This document shows, one piece after another, positions 45,932-58,500 of a stretch of 64,000 nucleotides of DNA (within the stretch, counting starts at the first letter, position 1; each line of letters starts with the position of its first letter). Position numbers and translations under genes: made by a program. The notes below the pieces were generated by a model. That model searched no databases and was not told the DNA's origin. It saw only the letters and a program-made list of their open reading frames with translations. The DNA comes from a virus (lineage: Duplodnaviria > Caudoviricetes), in the IMG/VR virus record IMGVR_UViG_3300033072_000473, positions 23,212 through 87,211 of that record; one strand, written 5' to 3'.

Positions 45932-45973
45932 ATTACGCTTGATTATTTTTAGCCTTTAGTATATACTTGTTGG

Positions 45974-46302
45974 GTGAGTGCGATACTATTAATTAGTCAC
46001 TCAGCTCACAGCATATTGCCATTATACTAGTCGAGACTATTACGCTCGAAAAACAACCTTTAGGCAACAGTGGTGACTACTGGCTAGTCACATACAATTA
46101 CTAAAATCCGGATCAGACTGAGTGCAACGCCAGTCGACTATATTTTAATAGGTTTTTCAGTAAATCCTGCCGAGGCTCAAAAAACTGTCATTACTGGGTA
46201 TGTTTACAATGTAGATAGTAAACAGGAGAGTACCTGCGAATCCTACAGCTTCTCCCGCTGATAGCTAGTAGCGAACATCTATGGGCCTCGATTATGAGGC
46301 CC
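45974..46302 (+). ncRNA. Structured ~330-nt leader or ncRNA
   Basis: Promoter TTGATT-17-TATACT (45939..45967); successive hairpins; last hairpin masks the GAGG SD. Confidence 0.55.
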
Positions 46303-47254
46303 CTTATGATTTTTAAATCCAAATATACACAAGTACTAGAACTCTTACAACAATTTTCTGAAATATTTAACGGAGTAGTTAATAATCATGGTGAAGTACT
46401 AAATCAGCTATTACAAGATAATAGAGAATTAAAAGAACGTATTTCTAAACTAGAAGAGATTATAGATGAAAGTTAATATTGGTAACTATCCACAATGGAT
46501 TGGGCCTTATCAAATTGCTGATGCTGTATTTTTCTGGGTAGATAAATATCCTGAACTAAAATACGAAACTAAAGCAGAAATCAAGGCTTATGAAAATCGT
46601 TGGGATTATAAAGCTAAAGAATGGCTTGGGGAGTTTTTAGCGCACGGCTTTCAAAAACGTGACCCACTAGACTATAGTCTTGGGGGTAGTCGTAAAATTA
46701 CTTGGTTTTATAAACTGCTTGGCTGGATTCATTCCAAACAAAAGCAAAAAGTCAAGATTAAGATTGATCGCTGGGATTCTTGGAATTGTGACTCCACACT
46801 GTCTCCTATTATCCTGCCATTGCTTAAACAACTTCGTGAAACTAAACACGGTTCTGGCTATATTGAACTAGAGGATGTTCCCGAGCATCTACGCTATACT
46901 ACAACTGAAGAGTATAGCGATCAACTATGTTTTGAATTCTATCACGAAAAGGATGTAGTTAAGCAAGAGTGTGATGTGCATACCCGTTATAACTGGGTAT
47001 TAAACGAGATTATTTGGACTTTTGAACAACTTCAACCAGATTACGACTGGGAAGAGCAGTACCGTTCTGGAAATTTAGAGTTTCTTAGTATACCATGTGA
47101 ATGGGATGAAGATGGTAAACCCATTATGTATAAACTAGAACACGGGCCTAATGATACCTATGAGTGTGATTATAAGGCTACTGCAGAACACCAAAAACGA
47201 ATTAATAATGGACTCCGTTTATTTGGTACCTACTACCAGACCTTCTGGGATTAG
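46294..47254 (+). other. Two CDSs: coiled-coil 46294..46476 and conserved hypothetical 46466..47254
   Basis: ORF track. Confidence 0.65.
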
Positions 47255-47277
47255 TTGTAGGTTAGTCAGTTAGTCAG

Positions 47278-48102
47278 TTATACTTTTAGTTTCCATCCAT
47301 GGCAGCTCTGTTTACGACCATGTAATAGGTTATTTAAATGACTAGAATCTATTTTCAAACGCTTAGCAAGATCTGATTGGTTTGTATACTCTGTAACTGT
47401 AATTTCTTCTAAATCTTTGTATATTACTTTACTCCATTTGGGAGGACTTTCTATATTATACCACTCTTTACAATATTTAGTGTCCCCTCTTACTAAACTA
47501 TATAGGTTACTTTTAGAAACGCATAGATTACGAGCAGTTTGAGCTATATTAGTAACTTCTATTATTTGCCTACCATTGGTTATAGTTGTGTATACCTTTT
47601 TTGGTTTTGTAAAGTAAGTTGTATATCTATCTTTAAATATGTCTTTTAGCCAGCTATGAGTCCTACCAGTTGCTAGATCCGCAAGCATAGTTTCAGATAC
47701 CTTAGTACTTTTAATAATTTCCTTTCTAGGTACTTCGTCTAGCAACATAGAAAAAACATTAATAATGGTATCTTTATCAGTATAACAATTATGATTATAT
47801 ACACCAATACTAGCACCGACAGCATTTAAATTTATATTTAAACATGTATAGTTTTTAATATCTTCTATTGAGTTATTTAAGTATTCCTGTTCTAGGTTAT
47901 CCAATTTATCTATACTACAGGTTTCTAATACTATAAACTCTGGGAATCCGCATGCTAAATACGTAAATTGAACGTTTTCATTAACATGCTTATTTAATTT
48001 TAAACTTCTAAAATGCTCATCTTTACGTCTGGTTAAATCTACTGATTTGCCTATATAGTATGCTCCATCTTTAAAGTATAGTTTATATATTCCTGAGTTC
48101 AT
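47278..48102 (-). CDS. Free-standing GIY-YIG endonuclease (paralog of 5102..5797)
   Basis: SGIY...YYIGKS...R..EH; C-terminal repeats ending GWK; antisense to neighbours. Confidence 0.85.
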   Translation of the reverse strand: MNSGIYKLYFKDGAYYIGKSVDLTRRKDEHFRSLKLNKHVNENVQFTYLACGFPEFIVLETCSIDKLDNLEQEYLNNSIEDIKNYTCLNINLNAVGASIGVYNHNCYTDKDTIINVFSMLLDEVPRKEIIKSTKVSETMLADLATGRTHSWLKDIFKDRYTTYFTKPKKVYTTITNGRQIIEVTNIAQTARNLCVSKSNLYSLVRGDTKYCKEWYNIESPPKWSKVIYKDLEEITVTEYTNQSDLAKRLKIDSSHLNNLLHGRKQSCHGWKLKV

Positions 48103-48287
48103 TTTAACATTTCCAATACTTTATCAATAGATAGAGGCTTTGGAATACTTCCTTGTTTAGATATAACTCTACGCTCAAGAATACCTGTAGTAGTACCATA
48201 AAAAGCTGCTATATTTGATTTTGGGATACCAATACTAATAAGTTTATTAATATTATTTAATACTTCATCAGTTAGATCAAAACTCAT
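48099..48287 (-). CDS. Small hypothetical protein coupled to the GIY-YIG gene
   Basis: ORF track; ATGA overlap. Confidence 0.45.
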   Translation of the reverse strand: MSFDLTDEVLNNINKLISIGIPKSNIAAFYGTTTGILERRVISKQGSIPKPLSIDKVLEMLK

Positions 48288-48619
48288 TTTTGTTTCCTAT
48301 ATTTACTTACCAACAACTTTTGTTAGTATTATAATGTTAACATATTAACAAAAAAGTTTCAACCATTATTTTAAAATGCAAGAAATTAAATTTACTGTAG
48401 AACAAGTTAATCAACTTTTAAATGCCCTAGGTGAACTAAGCTTTAAACAAGCTGCCCCAATTATTCAGTATGTGCGTTCTATTGCAGAACCACAATTAGC
48501 ACCTTCTGAAGATACTAAACCTCAAGAATAATAAAGGCCAGCCTTGTGCTGGCTTTTTTCTTATCTTGAATCTTTATCCTTAAAATACTATAATATTACT
48601 TTAAAGATAAGGATTTGAT

Positions 48620-48817
48620 ATGGCACAGTGTATTAAATGTGGTGATGACTACAGTGATGCTCGTAAGCAACTTGGTTACAAAGTTTGTCTGGCTTGCGGC
48701 GAAGCCGCCTCCAAACAAGTTGTACGCACTGTTGTGCCACTTTCAAAATCAAACTATGTACTTATTACTGATCTAGAACTACTAAAGGGAATCAATTCTA
48801 AGTATACCCCAATTTGA
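48620..48817 (+). CDS. Zn-finger hypothetical protein
   Basis: CIKCG...CLACG. Confidence 0.65.
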   Translation: MAQCIKCGDDYSDARKQLGYKVCLACGEAASKQVVRTVVPLSKSNYVLITDLELLKGINSKYTPI

Positions 48818-48824
48818 GGTTATT

Positions 48825-49664
48825 ATGAAAATTAAATTATTAAGCGACTTACACCTTGAATTTGGTAAGTTTGACTTGCAACATGATGATGCAGATATTC
48901 TTGTAATTGCTGGTGATATACTCATTGTAGAGGATTTATACGATATTTCTGAATTTGATATGAATAATCGCTTTACTCAACAAATTATGAGTACTAAGCT
49001 CTTAAAGGTTCAAGACTTCAGAAATTTCTTAAAGCAAGCCTCTGAAATGTTCAAGCATGTTGTGTATGTTATGGGCAATCACGAGTTTTATAACGGCCGT
49101 TTCTTTGGTTCCATTCTACACTTACAAGAAGAACTAGAGCCTTTTGACAATATTTATCTCCTGGAAAATAATGCAAAGGAACTTGATGGAGTCTTATTCT
49201 TAGGTGCTACGTTCTGGACTGATTTCAATAAGCATGACCCTATTAGCATGTATGATGCGGGTTTGTTTATGAATGATTATAAAAGTATTCGCTGGGATAA
49301 AGACGGTAATTACCGTAAGCTAAAACCTCAGGACAGCTTCGGACGGCATGTGCGTTCAGCACATTATTTCCGCGGAGTGCTTAAAGATACTGTTCAGCCG
49401 GTAGTTGTAGTTACACATCATGCACCTAGTTACGCTAGTATTCATGACCGGTATAAACAAGAGATTGGTTTGAAGGGTGCATATGCTAGTGATATGTCGG
49501 AACTAATCTTTGAGTTTCCAAACATTGTGTACTGGCTGCATGGTCATGTGCATAATACTAACGATTATATGATTGGAAATACTCGTGTAGTTTCTAATCC
49601 TCGTGGCTATCATGGCTATAAGGAGAATCCTGATTTTAACCCTAACTTAATTCTGGAGATTTAA
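48825..49664 (+). CDS. Calcineurin-like metallophosphoesterase
   Basis: SDLHLEF, AGD, GNHEFY, THHAP, HGHVH. Confidence 0.9.
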   Translation: MKIKLLSDLHLEFGKFDLQHDDADILVIAGDILIVEDLYDISEFDMNNRFTQQIMSTKLLKVQDFRNFLKQASEMFKHVVYVMGNHEFYNGRFFGSILHLQEELEPFDNIYLLENNAKELDGVLFLGATFWTDFNKHDPISMYDAGLFMNDYKSIRWDKDGNYRKLKPQDSFGRHVRSAHYFRGVLKDTVQPVVVVTHHAPSYASIHDRYKQEIGLKGAYASDMSELIFEFPNIVYWLHGHVHNTNDYMIGNTRVVSNPRGYHGYKENPDFNPNLILEI

Positions 49665-49945
49665 ATGTCGAAATATACTCTGCTGTGTGAAGATACTGCG
49701 CTTGATGGTACCCCCTTGTTTGAACAAACTTTTGTTTTTGAAACTGATACCTTAGAAGAAGCCGTTGTATACTTGGATATGTTTTTAAAAGGTTCAGGCT
49801 TTGTGTATAAAGGTGAGCTAGGGGTTATTACATATGAATGAGCTTGAGGTACAGGCTTATATTAATGGATGGGATGATGCCTTAAAGCACATCTCTACTA
49901 TCCTAGATAAACTAGACAGTACAGCAGCCGTAAGAAAGCTGCTGT

Positions 49946-50233
49946 ATGAAGATTTATACTATAAGGACAAACACTATGGCCCTTTTTCTTATAAAGACAA
50001 TCTCAAGCCATGAACTTGAGTACATTGTAGATGCTGAAACTAAAGAGCAGGCTGAACAAGCTGTTAAAGACGGTAATTATGATTACGAGTTCTATCAGCA
50101 TCATCTAGGTGAAAGTATTCTTAGCTCTAAGCAAGTTACAGATCAAGAATACTTGCAAGTATTTAGGCAAGTAAATCCTGAGTGGAATAACTGGTCTGAT
50201 GACTTTGTTTTAGCAAAGGTTAATAAGGCATGA
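49946..50233 (+). CDS. Hypothetical protein
   Basis: ORF track. Confidence 0.55.
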   Translation: MKIYTIRTNTMALFLIKTISSHELEYIVDAETKEQAEQAVKDGNYDYEFYQHHLGESILSSKQVTDQEYLQVFRQVNPEWNNWSDDFVLAKVNKA

Positions 50234-50460
50234 TTTTAAAGAATTGTCCTTTTTGCAACTCTAAAGAAACTTTAGAGTGCGCAGACGAAGAGGAACAAGA
50301 ATTTGGTAATACCAACACACTCCATCAAAAACGTTGGATAGAGTGTTTGGAATGTGGAGCTAGAGGGCCATATGTTTACTGGGACAGTATCAACAACTGC
50401 GACGAATTTGCAGCTGAAGAGTGGAATAAACGCGCTGCTGAAGGCTATGCTAGGAGATGA
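50230..50460 (+). CDS. Lar-like restriction alleviation protein
   Basis: CPFC...CLECGARGP...A.EEWNKR. Confidence 0.65.
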   Translation: MILKNCPFCNSKETLECADEEEQEFGNTNTLHQKRWIECLECGARGPYVYWDSINNCDEFAAEEWNKRAAEGYARR

Positions 50461-53400
50461 TATTCTAGTAGAGCGCTGGTGGACTACCTATAATAGACAC
50501 TTTGATGACTACCCAGAAAACTGCGATTTGCAAGAAGTATTTCGCTATGTACTTGGATTTTATGACAGATGAGAATTAAAGATATGGTAATAGAAGAACG
50601 TGTAAAAGAACTAGAGCGTAGGATTAAACTGCTTGAAGATCGCCTATTAAATCTTGAGTTTTTACCCTCTCAACGTGTTTATGGCCCGACTATTGATCCA
50701 CGTCAGGTTAAGATCAAACAAACTTGTCCAGAGTGCAGTTTAGACTTAAGCGGTATTTTAAGCTATAGTTGCACAAATATTGCTTGCCCAACAGGGCTAG
50801 GGCCGATTACAGTATAATGGAATTAACTAAACAAACATTGGATCTAGTTAGACTAGGGGCAGTGGTTTATAATAACCAGCGGCTATGTAAAGACTTTCAA
50901 GAACAGGAAGTTTTAAAATTTGTAGAGTGGCTTTATAAAGAATGGGGTTATACTTATTATGAGCGACGAACAAACTAGTCAACTTCAACTATTAAAGCTG
51001 AAAGCTTACGTCCTTGGGGAATTAAATGGGCACCGACTGCATATTAACACACAAACTATGCTAGAAAAGATTAACGAACTACTTGAGGAGCTAAACAATG
51101 GATAAGTATAAGATCGCTAAAGATTACCTAAAAATGGTACAAGAGTGTGATAAGTTTGTTGATAAACTTCCTCGCTCTATTTCTCCTGCTTTTTTCGATA
51201 ATGAGTATACTGATGCTCAAATTACATTAATCAACAAACTACTAAAGCAGTGTTTGACTAATGAACAATATGAAGACTTAATGTACTTTGCACATGAAGA
51301 CTATCCGGTTACCTACTATGATGATTACCAATTTACTGATGTATTTTCGTACTGGACTTATAAGTATAGTATTGAGTGAGGCGGGTAAAGCCTTGCTCAA
51401 GGCACTAGAAGAGCACCCTGAAGATTTTAAATGGACTGCCCACACTCTAACGCATAAGTCAAGTGACACAACTTGGTGGACCTCTAACGGTGGGTTCTTC
51501 TTTAATGGTTACGACGGTACTCCAAAAGTACTAAACTTACTAGAACGCCACTATCTTTACTATAAAGCAAAACAAGCCCAAAAAAGGGCTGTTGCCAATA
51601 TTATCCTTAACGGTCAGCCTTGAGCTGGCCTTTTTTATTTGTAGAATATGACAAACTATACTGACCTTGCTAAAAAGTATTGCTTATTTGACTATGGTGT
51701 TGACAAAGAGCTAATAAATAACTTTGCTAATCAAGTAGCCAATAATATTATTGAACAATGTGCCTTAAAGGTTATTGAACAGCCAGGTATTGATCGTTAT
51801 AGCCTTGCTAGATCTATACGAAGCCTTAAAACACAAACTTGAAATGCCTATTTAAAAAGAGTATAATATTCTTTTAAGGATAAAAAATGACCAAAGAAGA
51901 ATATATAGTTTTAATGCAGGCTAAAATGGCCCTGTTAAGGGCCGAACAGTCGCTGGGAATTTTATGGGTATCACATCATGCTAACCGTACTGATATGGCA
52001 ATTGAAAGCTGCTTAAGTACGGTTCAGAGTATTAACGCTCTGCTAGAAGGCTACCACGATGTATTTAAATGGAGTGAATAATGAAAGTATGGCTTGGTGC
52101 ACACTGCTGGGGTTGGCAACTATTTGGTGTGTCGTTTAAGGATAAGTGGTTCTTTGGGTTTTCTAGACGGGCTACTCCACTGGCGGATAAATATGATTAA
52201 ATACTGCGTAGATTGTAAATATTTTGTAGATGGAAAATTTGGTAACTGGTGTGAAGCCCATTATCGTGAAATAGATATAGTTACTGGTAAGGCTAAAGCA
52301 ACCTTTGCTCACCAATGTCGTAAAGAGCACCATTTATGCGGGCCTGAAGCTAAGTGGTTTGAGCATAGACTACTAAAAACTAAAGTTAAATTCTGGCGAA
52401 AGTGGCTAACATTATGAACTTTGATTATCAATTATACGAATCTGGGCTGTCGGCCCACGGTTGTTGGGAGAAGTTTGATGAATATGATCGTGGGGCCTTA
52501 GAACGCTTTGCCAAGTTGATTGTTAAAGAGTGTATTAAAGAACTGGGGTATAAAAGTATAGAACTACTGGATACGGAGTTTTACCCACACTATAAACAAC
52601 TACTAGAAAACCTTTATGACTGATACTGAACGACTAGATTTTTTAGAAACCCGAGATATTTTTAGTAAACACCTACTACAGCTAGGTTCCACACACTACT
52701 GGAGAAAGGGCTATAATAAACCCTATAAAAGAGCTGAGTCTCTTAGGGATGCAGTGGATAAAGCTGTAGAGGCTATTAATGCAAAAGGATTATAAACTTA
52801 TTTTAGCCAGAGATTTTATTCTGGCTGTAATCGTCGGGTCTTTACTAGGAACTTTATCCTTTTTATATTTGCTTTGGACATTTATAAAATGAATTTAATT
52901 GATGCAGGCTACTGGACAAGTCCTGAGCAGTGTCTTGCTGCAGACGAGATTCGAAGTCTAAGTGGTAAACTAGCTAAGGCAGAGCTACAGTGCGAGTATA
53001 TGGAAACTATTAGGCGAGAAAATGCTTTATATTTTGAAAAGCGTGAACAAGAATTAATCTCCATTATTAAAGTGTGTAAGGAAACACTATTAGATTGTGA
53101 GGCTGCCCTAGACGAGTGCAGAGGCTATCCAATTACTTATGATGAAGTAATTGAATCCTTAGTTAAAATTAGTGAGGTTTTGAAATGACTGATCGAGAGT
53201 TGTTGGAACTGGCGGCGAAGGCTGCTGGGATTGAAATATCCACTTGGAGTAATTGCCAAGCTGGCGGATTTCTGGCGGGAAACACGGGCCGTTTTTGGAA
53301 CCCACTTACAGACGACGGCGATGCGCTGCGGCTGGCGGTGAAGTTGGGGATGCGTATTCACATATCACACGAGCAGCAGATTACTTACGTTGATGGTATT

Positions 53401-55469
53401 CCGTTTCGATTCCCGGTGATAGTTAATCTTGAAGGCGACCCCTATGCAGCAACCCGCCGAGCAATTGTCCGTGCTGCTGCCGAGATTGGAAAGGAAATGA
53501 AATGAATCCATTTGAGCATATGTCACAACGGTTTATTAACCTCAACCGAGATGACCTTGAAGAAGCATTATTCAATCAAGTTGTTAATCCGCCGGACTCT
53601 ATTGGCGATTGTATAGAACAAGGATTGTGTGATCTTGGTAATGGAATCGGATCAGGTATAGCTTGGTTTGGATTCTGGCTGTTCGCTGGAGTGGTTTGTA
53701 TTTGCGTAACACTACCTGAGGTAATGAAATGACCCGCGAAGCTGAACTTGAGTTGGAGATTGCGAGACTGAGAGAAGCGCTACATAAAAAAGATGAGTTC
53801 ATTATTTCTGGAGAGCTATCAAACGCTCTTGCTATACACCAGCAGTGCGATGCAACCACCGCACTGCAAGAACTGATTAACGAGGTAGAGCGCAGGACGA
53901 TTGAGCGGTGTGCTTCTTTTATTGAACAGGGAACTGGAGACTGGTTGCTTGGTAAAAAGCAAGCTACAGCAATCCGAGCACTACCAACCGGAAATTTGAA
54001 GCTGGAGGATTTGTGATGAAGATTTGGCTAGGCACTTACGGATGGGGATGGAACCTATACGGAATAGGGTATAAAGACCAATGGTTTCTTGGCTTCAGTC
54101 GTAAAGCAAAAACTTTTTCGGATCAAATGAAATGAAATTCTGTATAGAGTGTGCACACTACAAGCCTAAGCACCAACTAGATCGTAGTTGTAAAAAGTTT
54201 TTGTATTATCAAAATATGGTAACTGGTGAGATTTTATTTGAAGATGCTGGGCTGTGTAGGCGAGTACAAACAAAATGTGGAAAAGAGGCTAAACACTTTG
54301 AGCCTAATAAACTAGGTTTTTTCGGAAGGTTATTTAGAAATGTACACTCCAGATAAATGGGTAGTTATTACTATTACTAATAAAACTGGGCGAACCCACC
54401 AACGAGTTCTAGCAGGTTGGTATGGTGGCTGGGCGGGTTCAGATTCCTGGAAAATGAATTCAGGTATCACTAAGGTTGAAGAGCATGATGAATACTATGA
54501 TTTCTATGGTGAGTCTGGCTCTATTTACCGTTGCTATAAAGCTGCGTATGGTCTGTCTAGTTATACTCAACAAATTCTAGAACACTATAAAAAAGAGTGC
54601 TATATTATTATAGATGAGTCTTATGAGCAAATTTGAAAAAGCTGTTTTAGGTACAGTAGTACTTGTTTTTATTGTACTTTTATTTATAGGACTAGAGCAC
54701 GATATTGAATGGAATGACTGGTGTACTCAGCAGGGTGGCCAGATAGTAAAAACACTGAAAGGGTATAAGTGTGTTGAAATCAAGGAGATTAAATGAGGGT
54801 ATACGATTTACCAGTAAACGCTGATGTAGTAGATTTACTCAACCCTAGCCTTGATGACTGGAATAGTTATATTGAAGTAATGCATCAAGTATTGCTGTGG
54901 GAACTAGAGCTGCAGATGACTGGATCACTGCCGAGTGCGGTTAAAGATCGTGGCTGTTCAGCGCATGTAAGGGATGGACTATAATGGAACAACTAGAATT
55001 ATTAGCAGAAGCACTATGGCGTAAGGGTATGCACCAAAGCCATGATTATATCTGGCAAATTATTGAATTTATGCACCACGGATCAACTTTTGAACAGGCA
55101 CTAGACTTATGGGAACATTCAACCCCGAACAAAACTACAAACTTGCTCTAGCAATTACCCTACCAAGTGGCGAAATTTTCCAGATTAAGAACACTCTATC
55201 GCCACAGGCGATACTTAGTCTAGACGAGGACAGTTTCGCAAACCTGATGAAACCTTATTTACGAGAACTGGCTGTTATCTGTGGAAAAACTTACTAGAAT
55301 TATGCGCTTTCCTAAAGGAGCGATTTGGGTTATACGCTCCTCTGAACCTAGAAAATTATTTAAAAAGTATTTGTCACAATTAAAACTACAAAAGCACCCT
55401 AATAAAGAGCTTCAAGAGATTTACAATGAACAAGGTATTCCAACCCTAGAAGTGGAACCAGAGCACTAA
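50461..55469 (+). other. Dense array of small co-oriented early hypothetical CDSs (about 60-110 aa)
   Basis: ORF track, tightly packed with ATGA overlaps; includes a higher-GC trio at 53185..54016. Confidence 0.6.
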
Positions 55470-55534
55470 GAAAAAAATGCTTGTTTTGTTAAAAATTCTG
55501 TGATATAATTGTTTATAATTTAGTGAAACTAGAA

Positions 55535-55635
55535 GGAACTCTAAAAGATATTAAAACTGACGTGTCTTAGACATTGAGGGCTTCGCTCGAATTGTCTTAG
55601 ATATAGTTAGTTTTTATCATTCTTTTAGATGTTCC
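55535..55635 (+). other. ~100-nt rod-like hairpin downstream of a promoter (TTGTTT-17-TATAAT, 55481..55509)
   Basis: GGAAC-TCTAAAAGA...TCTTTTAGA-TGTTCC with nested AAAACTGAC/GTTAGTTTT. Confidence 0.55.
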
Positions 55636-55856
55636 CGATAACAGCCTTGGGGAGAGTGTTTATTCAATTTGTACAATAATTAAAGAAGTATTAATTTTTG
55701 CGAACCAAGCACCCCGTCGCCCGCACTAGTAGGGCAAATCTCTTTTTCTTTCTAGTAATCTTTTTCTAGCGTATTGGGGCTTTAGCCCCCGATTGCTACG
55801 CCCGTGGGTCAGAGCTATCCACTACTCCTTATTAGCTCTAGTATACTTTATAATCA

Positions 55857-56641
55857 TGCAAAAGAAATACATACTGTCCGATTTGAGCGAAGGCTCTGAA
55901 GACCTGGCCTATATGGCTAAGTTTGCTCCTTCCAGTTTATATAATCTAGTACCATTTTTAACTTGTCAAATGCCTCCAAAGGTTAATGGCAAGTATAGTG
56001 CTTCTGGCTTATTTAAGAAGCTTAAAGAAAGTGATTATGTAGTAGAAAATATTGCCTTTCCAGGCTCTAAGGTTATTGAGTTTTTCAAACTATTCTACTA
56101 TGAAGATGCAAAAACTTATATGAAAGCCTCTCAAACCGCTGAACCTAATTGGTCTTCAGCAGTTCCAATTATTATGTACATGTATAAGATACAGTATAAT
56201 ATTAATTATGAGGAGTGGGATAAAACAGATCCCTATATTAAGTTTCTATTAGGTAAAAAACTGGAGTGGTTAGTAGATCCTAGCTTTACAATGCCTACTT
56301 GGACAGATGAAGAATTACAGAATATTCAGCTAGTTGCTCTAACTACGGCAGCAACTGGTGTAGTACGCTCTATTAAATCTCATATTATTGCAAAACGTAC
56401 TGGTGATGAAGACTTTGATAACCTTCCTAGAATGGCGAGGTTTATGGTAGCACAAACTTGGATTTATAGTCCACAAGTGCGTTCACCAGCAATGATTACA
56501 AACTATCATAATTGGGATGAATTGGCACCTTCTTTTACTACAAGTAACCTAATTACTGAGGAAGCTAAAGTTGCAGAGTGGAACCCAAAGAAGAAGAAAA
56601 AAGAACCAAAGGTATTCAATATTGAGGATATGCCTTGGTAA
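55857..56641 (+). CDS. Hypothetical protein
   Basis: ORF track (TTG 55793); ATG 55857 more likely. Confidence 0.65.
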
Positions 56642-56705
56642 TTTTTAACTTGTTTTCTCTGCATTAAAGCTGTATAATATTATCTTTCAGTGAGGGAATA
56701 GCGAG

Positions 56706-57173
56706 ATGGATAAAATTCAGAAAAAATTGAATGAACTTGTTCAGCTCGCTGAAAAGCTGTTCTATCCCGGTAAATTTGGTGATATTACTTTCAAGATGAA
56801 TAGTCGCCTTACTAGCACTGCTGGTCGTGCTTTTTATGATCGCGGATACATGGATTTCTCCACCAGCCTCTACGAGGCAAATCAGGAGGAATTTTTACTA
56901 GATACTGTTCCGCATGAGTTTGCTCATATGGTAGCATTTCGTGTGTACAATAGTACTGGCCATGATAATCGCTGGCGTTACGTTGTTGAACAACTTGGTG
57001 GCACTTCTAATCGTTGCCATAATTATCAGGTTGCACAACGCAAGCAAACAAAAAGTTATCAGTTTAAGTGTGCTTGCCGTGTTCATGAGTTTACTCCCCA
57101 ACGTTATGCTTGGGTTAAAAAGGGCAAGCAGTATAAGTGCAATACCTGTAACCAACTTTTAGTAGAGGTATAA
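56706..57173 (+). CDS. SprT-like metalloprotease
   Basis: TAGRA...HEFAH...GH...W...C..CH; CAC and CNTC Zn motifs. Confidence 0.9.
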   Translation: MDKIQKKLNELVQLAEKLFYPGKFGDITFKMNSRLTSTAGRAFYDRGYMDFSTSLYEANQEEFLLDTVPHEFAHMVAFRVYNSTGHDNRWRYVVEQLGGTSNRCHNYQVAQRKQTKSYQFKCACRVHEFTPQRYAWVKKGKQYKCNTCNQLLVEV

Positions 57174-57174
57174 T

Positions 57175-57520
57175 ATGCAAGATCAATGGCTCAAAATTAA
57201 GCAGTGTTTTACTCAAATGCAGTCTGCTCCCGACCAACCGCCGCCACGTTGCCAGACCCCACAACAACTGGCAATGGCAGCGGCTAAGTTTATGAAACCT
57301 CGTGCCGATCAGGGTACTCACCGTAAACTTGCAGAGCGTATTAAATTCATTTGTTTTGGACTTTAAAATGACTGTTTTCTACTTTATTTACTTCGCTTTA
57401 TTTGGTGTACTTGGTACACTTCTAGCCATTGGTGGCATTGATATAATGAACAAGACCTGGCTATTCATTGGTATTTATTGTACTGTGTGGGCAATTGAGG
57501 CAGTTAGTAAAGAAATTTAA
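57175..57520 (+). other. Two small CDSs (57175..57366; membrane protein ending 57520)
   Basis: ORF track. Confidence 0.5.
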
Positions 57521-58121
57521 ACTTGAGTGACTACAGCATTTCCTGTATAATATAGTCTGAATCGTTGATAAAGGGGCTTTAAATGAAACAGTTTGCTTAC
57601 CACATCGCCTACTTCTCTGGCAAGGTTTTTTACGGTTTTATTGATGCTCTCGATCTGGAAATTGCACTGCTTCATGTTGAGCAAGATGCTTACATGGGTG
57701 AAGGTTTCGAAGATCAGGTTGTTGAACTCAAGGTTGTGGAGGTTTAAGTGAGCTATTATACTAAGCTCATTAACTTACTACAGTCCCGCCTTCGTGGTGA
57801 GGATTTTCAACTAGCAGAAACACTTCTAGACGCCTTGCTGGCAGAGGATACAAACTCTGCTTTTGCTGAAGGCTATAACGAAGGTTTTGCAGATGCCAAG
57901 GAGTTGCAAGAAGAGTAATAAAAATTCTTTCTTGTTTTTGTATAGTTAACATTATATAATATTATTTCTGAGTGAGGGACAGGCAGCCTTAACCGCCAAA
58001 GAAAGCGCAATCTTGTAAGGCTTTTGCAATCGTTCCCTCACTGGCGTTCTTTATTCCCTTAGCTAAGGAAGATACCATGTGCTTTTTGCCACCGTTCGCA
58101 CAGAAATAAACGGAGCACTAT

Positions 58122-58197
58122 GCAGCTATCGTCTAAAGGTTAGGACATTGCCCTTTCAAGGCAGGAATGTTGGGTTCAAGTCCCACTAGCTGTACCA
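58122..58197 (+). tRNA. tRNA-Glu(UUC)
   Basis: TTGCC-CTTTCAA-GGCAG; CCA. Confidence 0.92.
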
Positions 58198-58497
58198 TAT
58201 CAAAGCATTTTATAGTAGCTACACTGGAACCCCGAAATACTTGTCAAAGTCGACCAGAACAAGGACCGGCCAGGCAGAGTAGGGCTACCACAGTTTCAAG
58301 CACTGAATAAAATGTTTTGATATGGTAACTAACAATCTTAATAAGCAGCTAATTGCAACGCGAAGCGACAATATTAGTAGAGTCTTCCAACTGCTACTTG
58401 AGTGGCGTGCCTAGCCCCTGCAATTACACCACACTTATTAAGGTGAGCCGAAAATGCAATATTGGAAGTGAGCAAATTAAGCTCTGTTAGTTATCAT
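58194..58497 (+). ncRNA. Two adjacent structured RNA candidates between tRNA-Glu and tRNA-Tyr
   Basis: 20-bp stem 58194-58213/58307-58326; 13-bp stem 58322-58334/58485-58497 with nested stems and a pseudoknot. Confidence 0.6.
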
Positions 58498-58500
58498 ACT

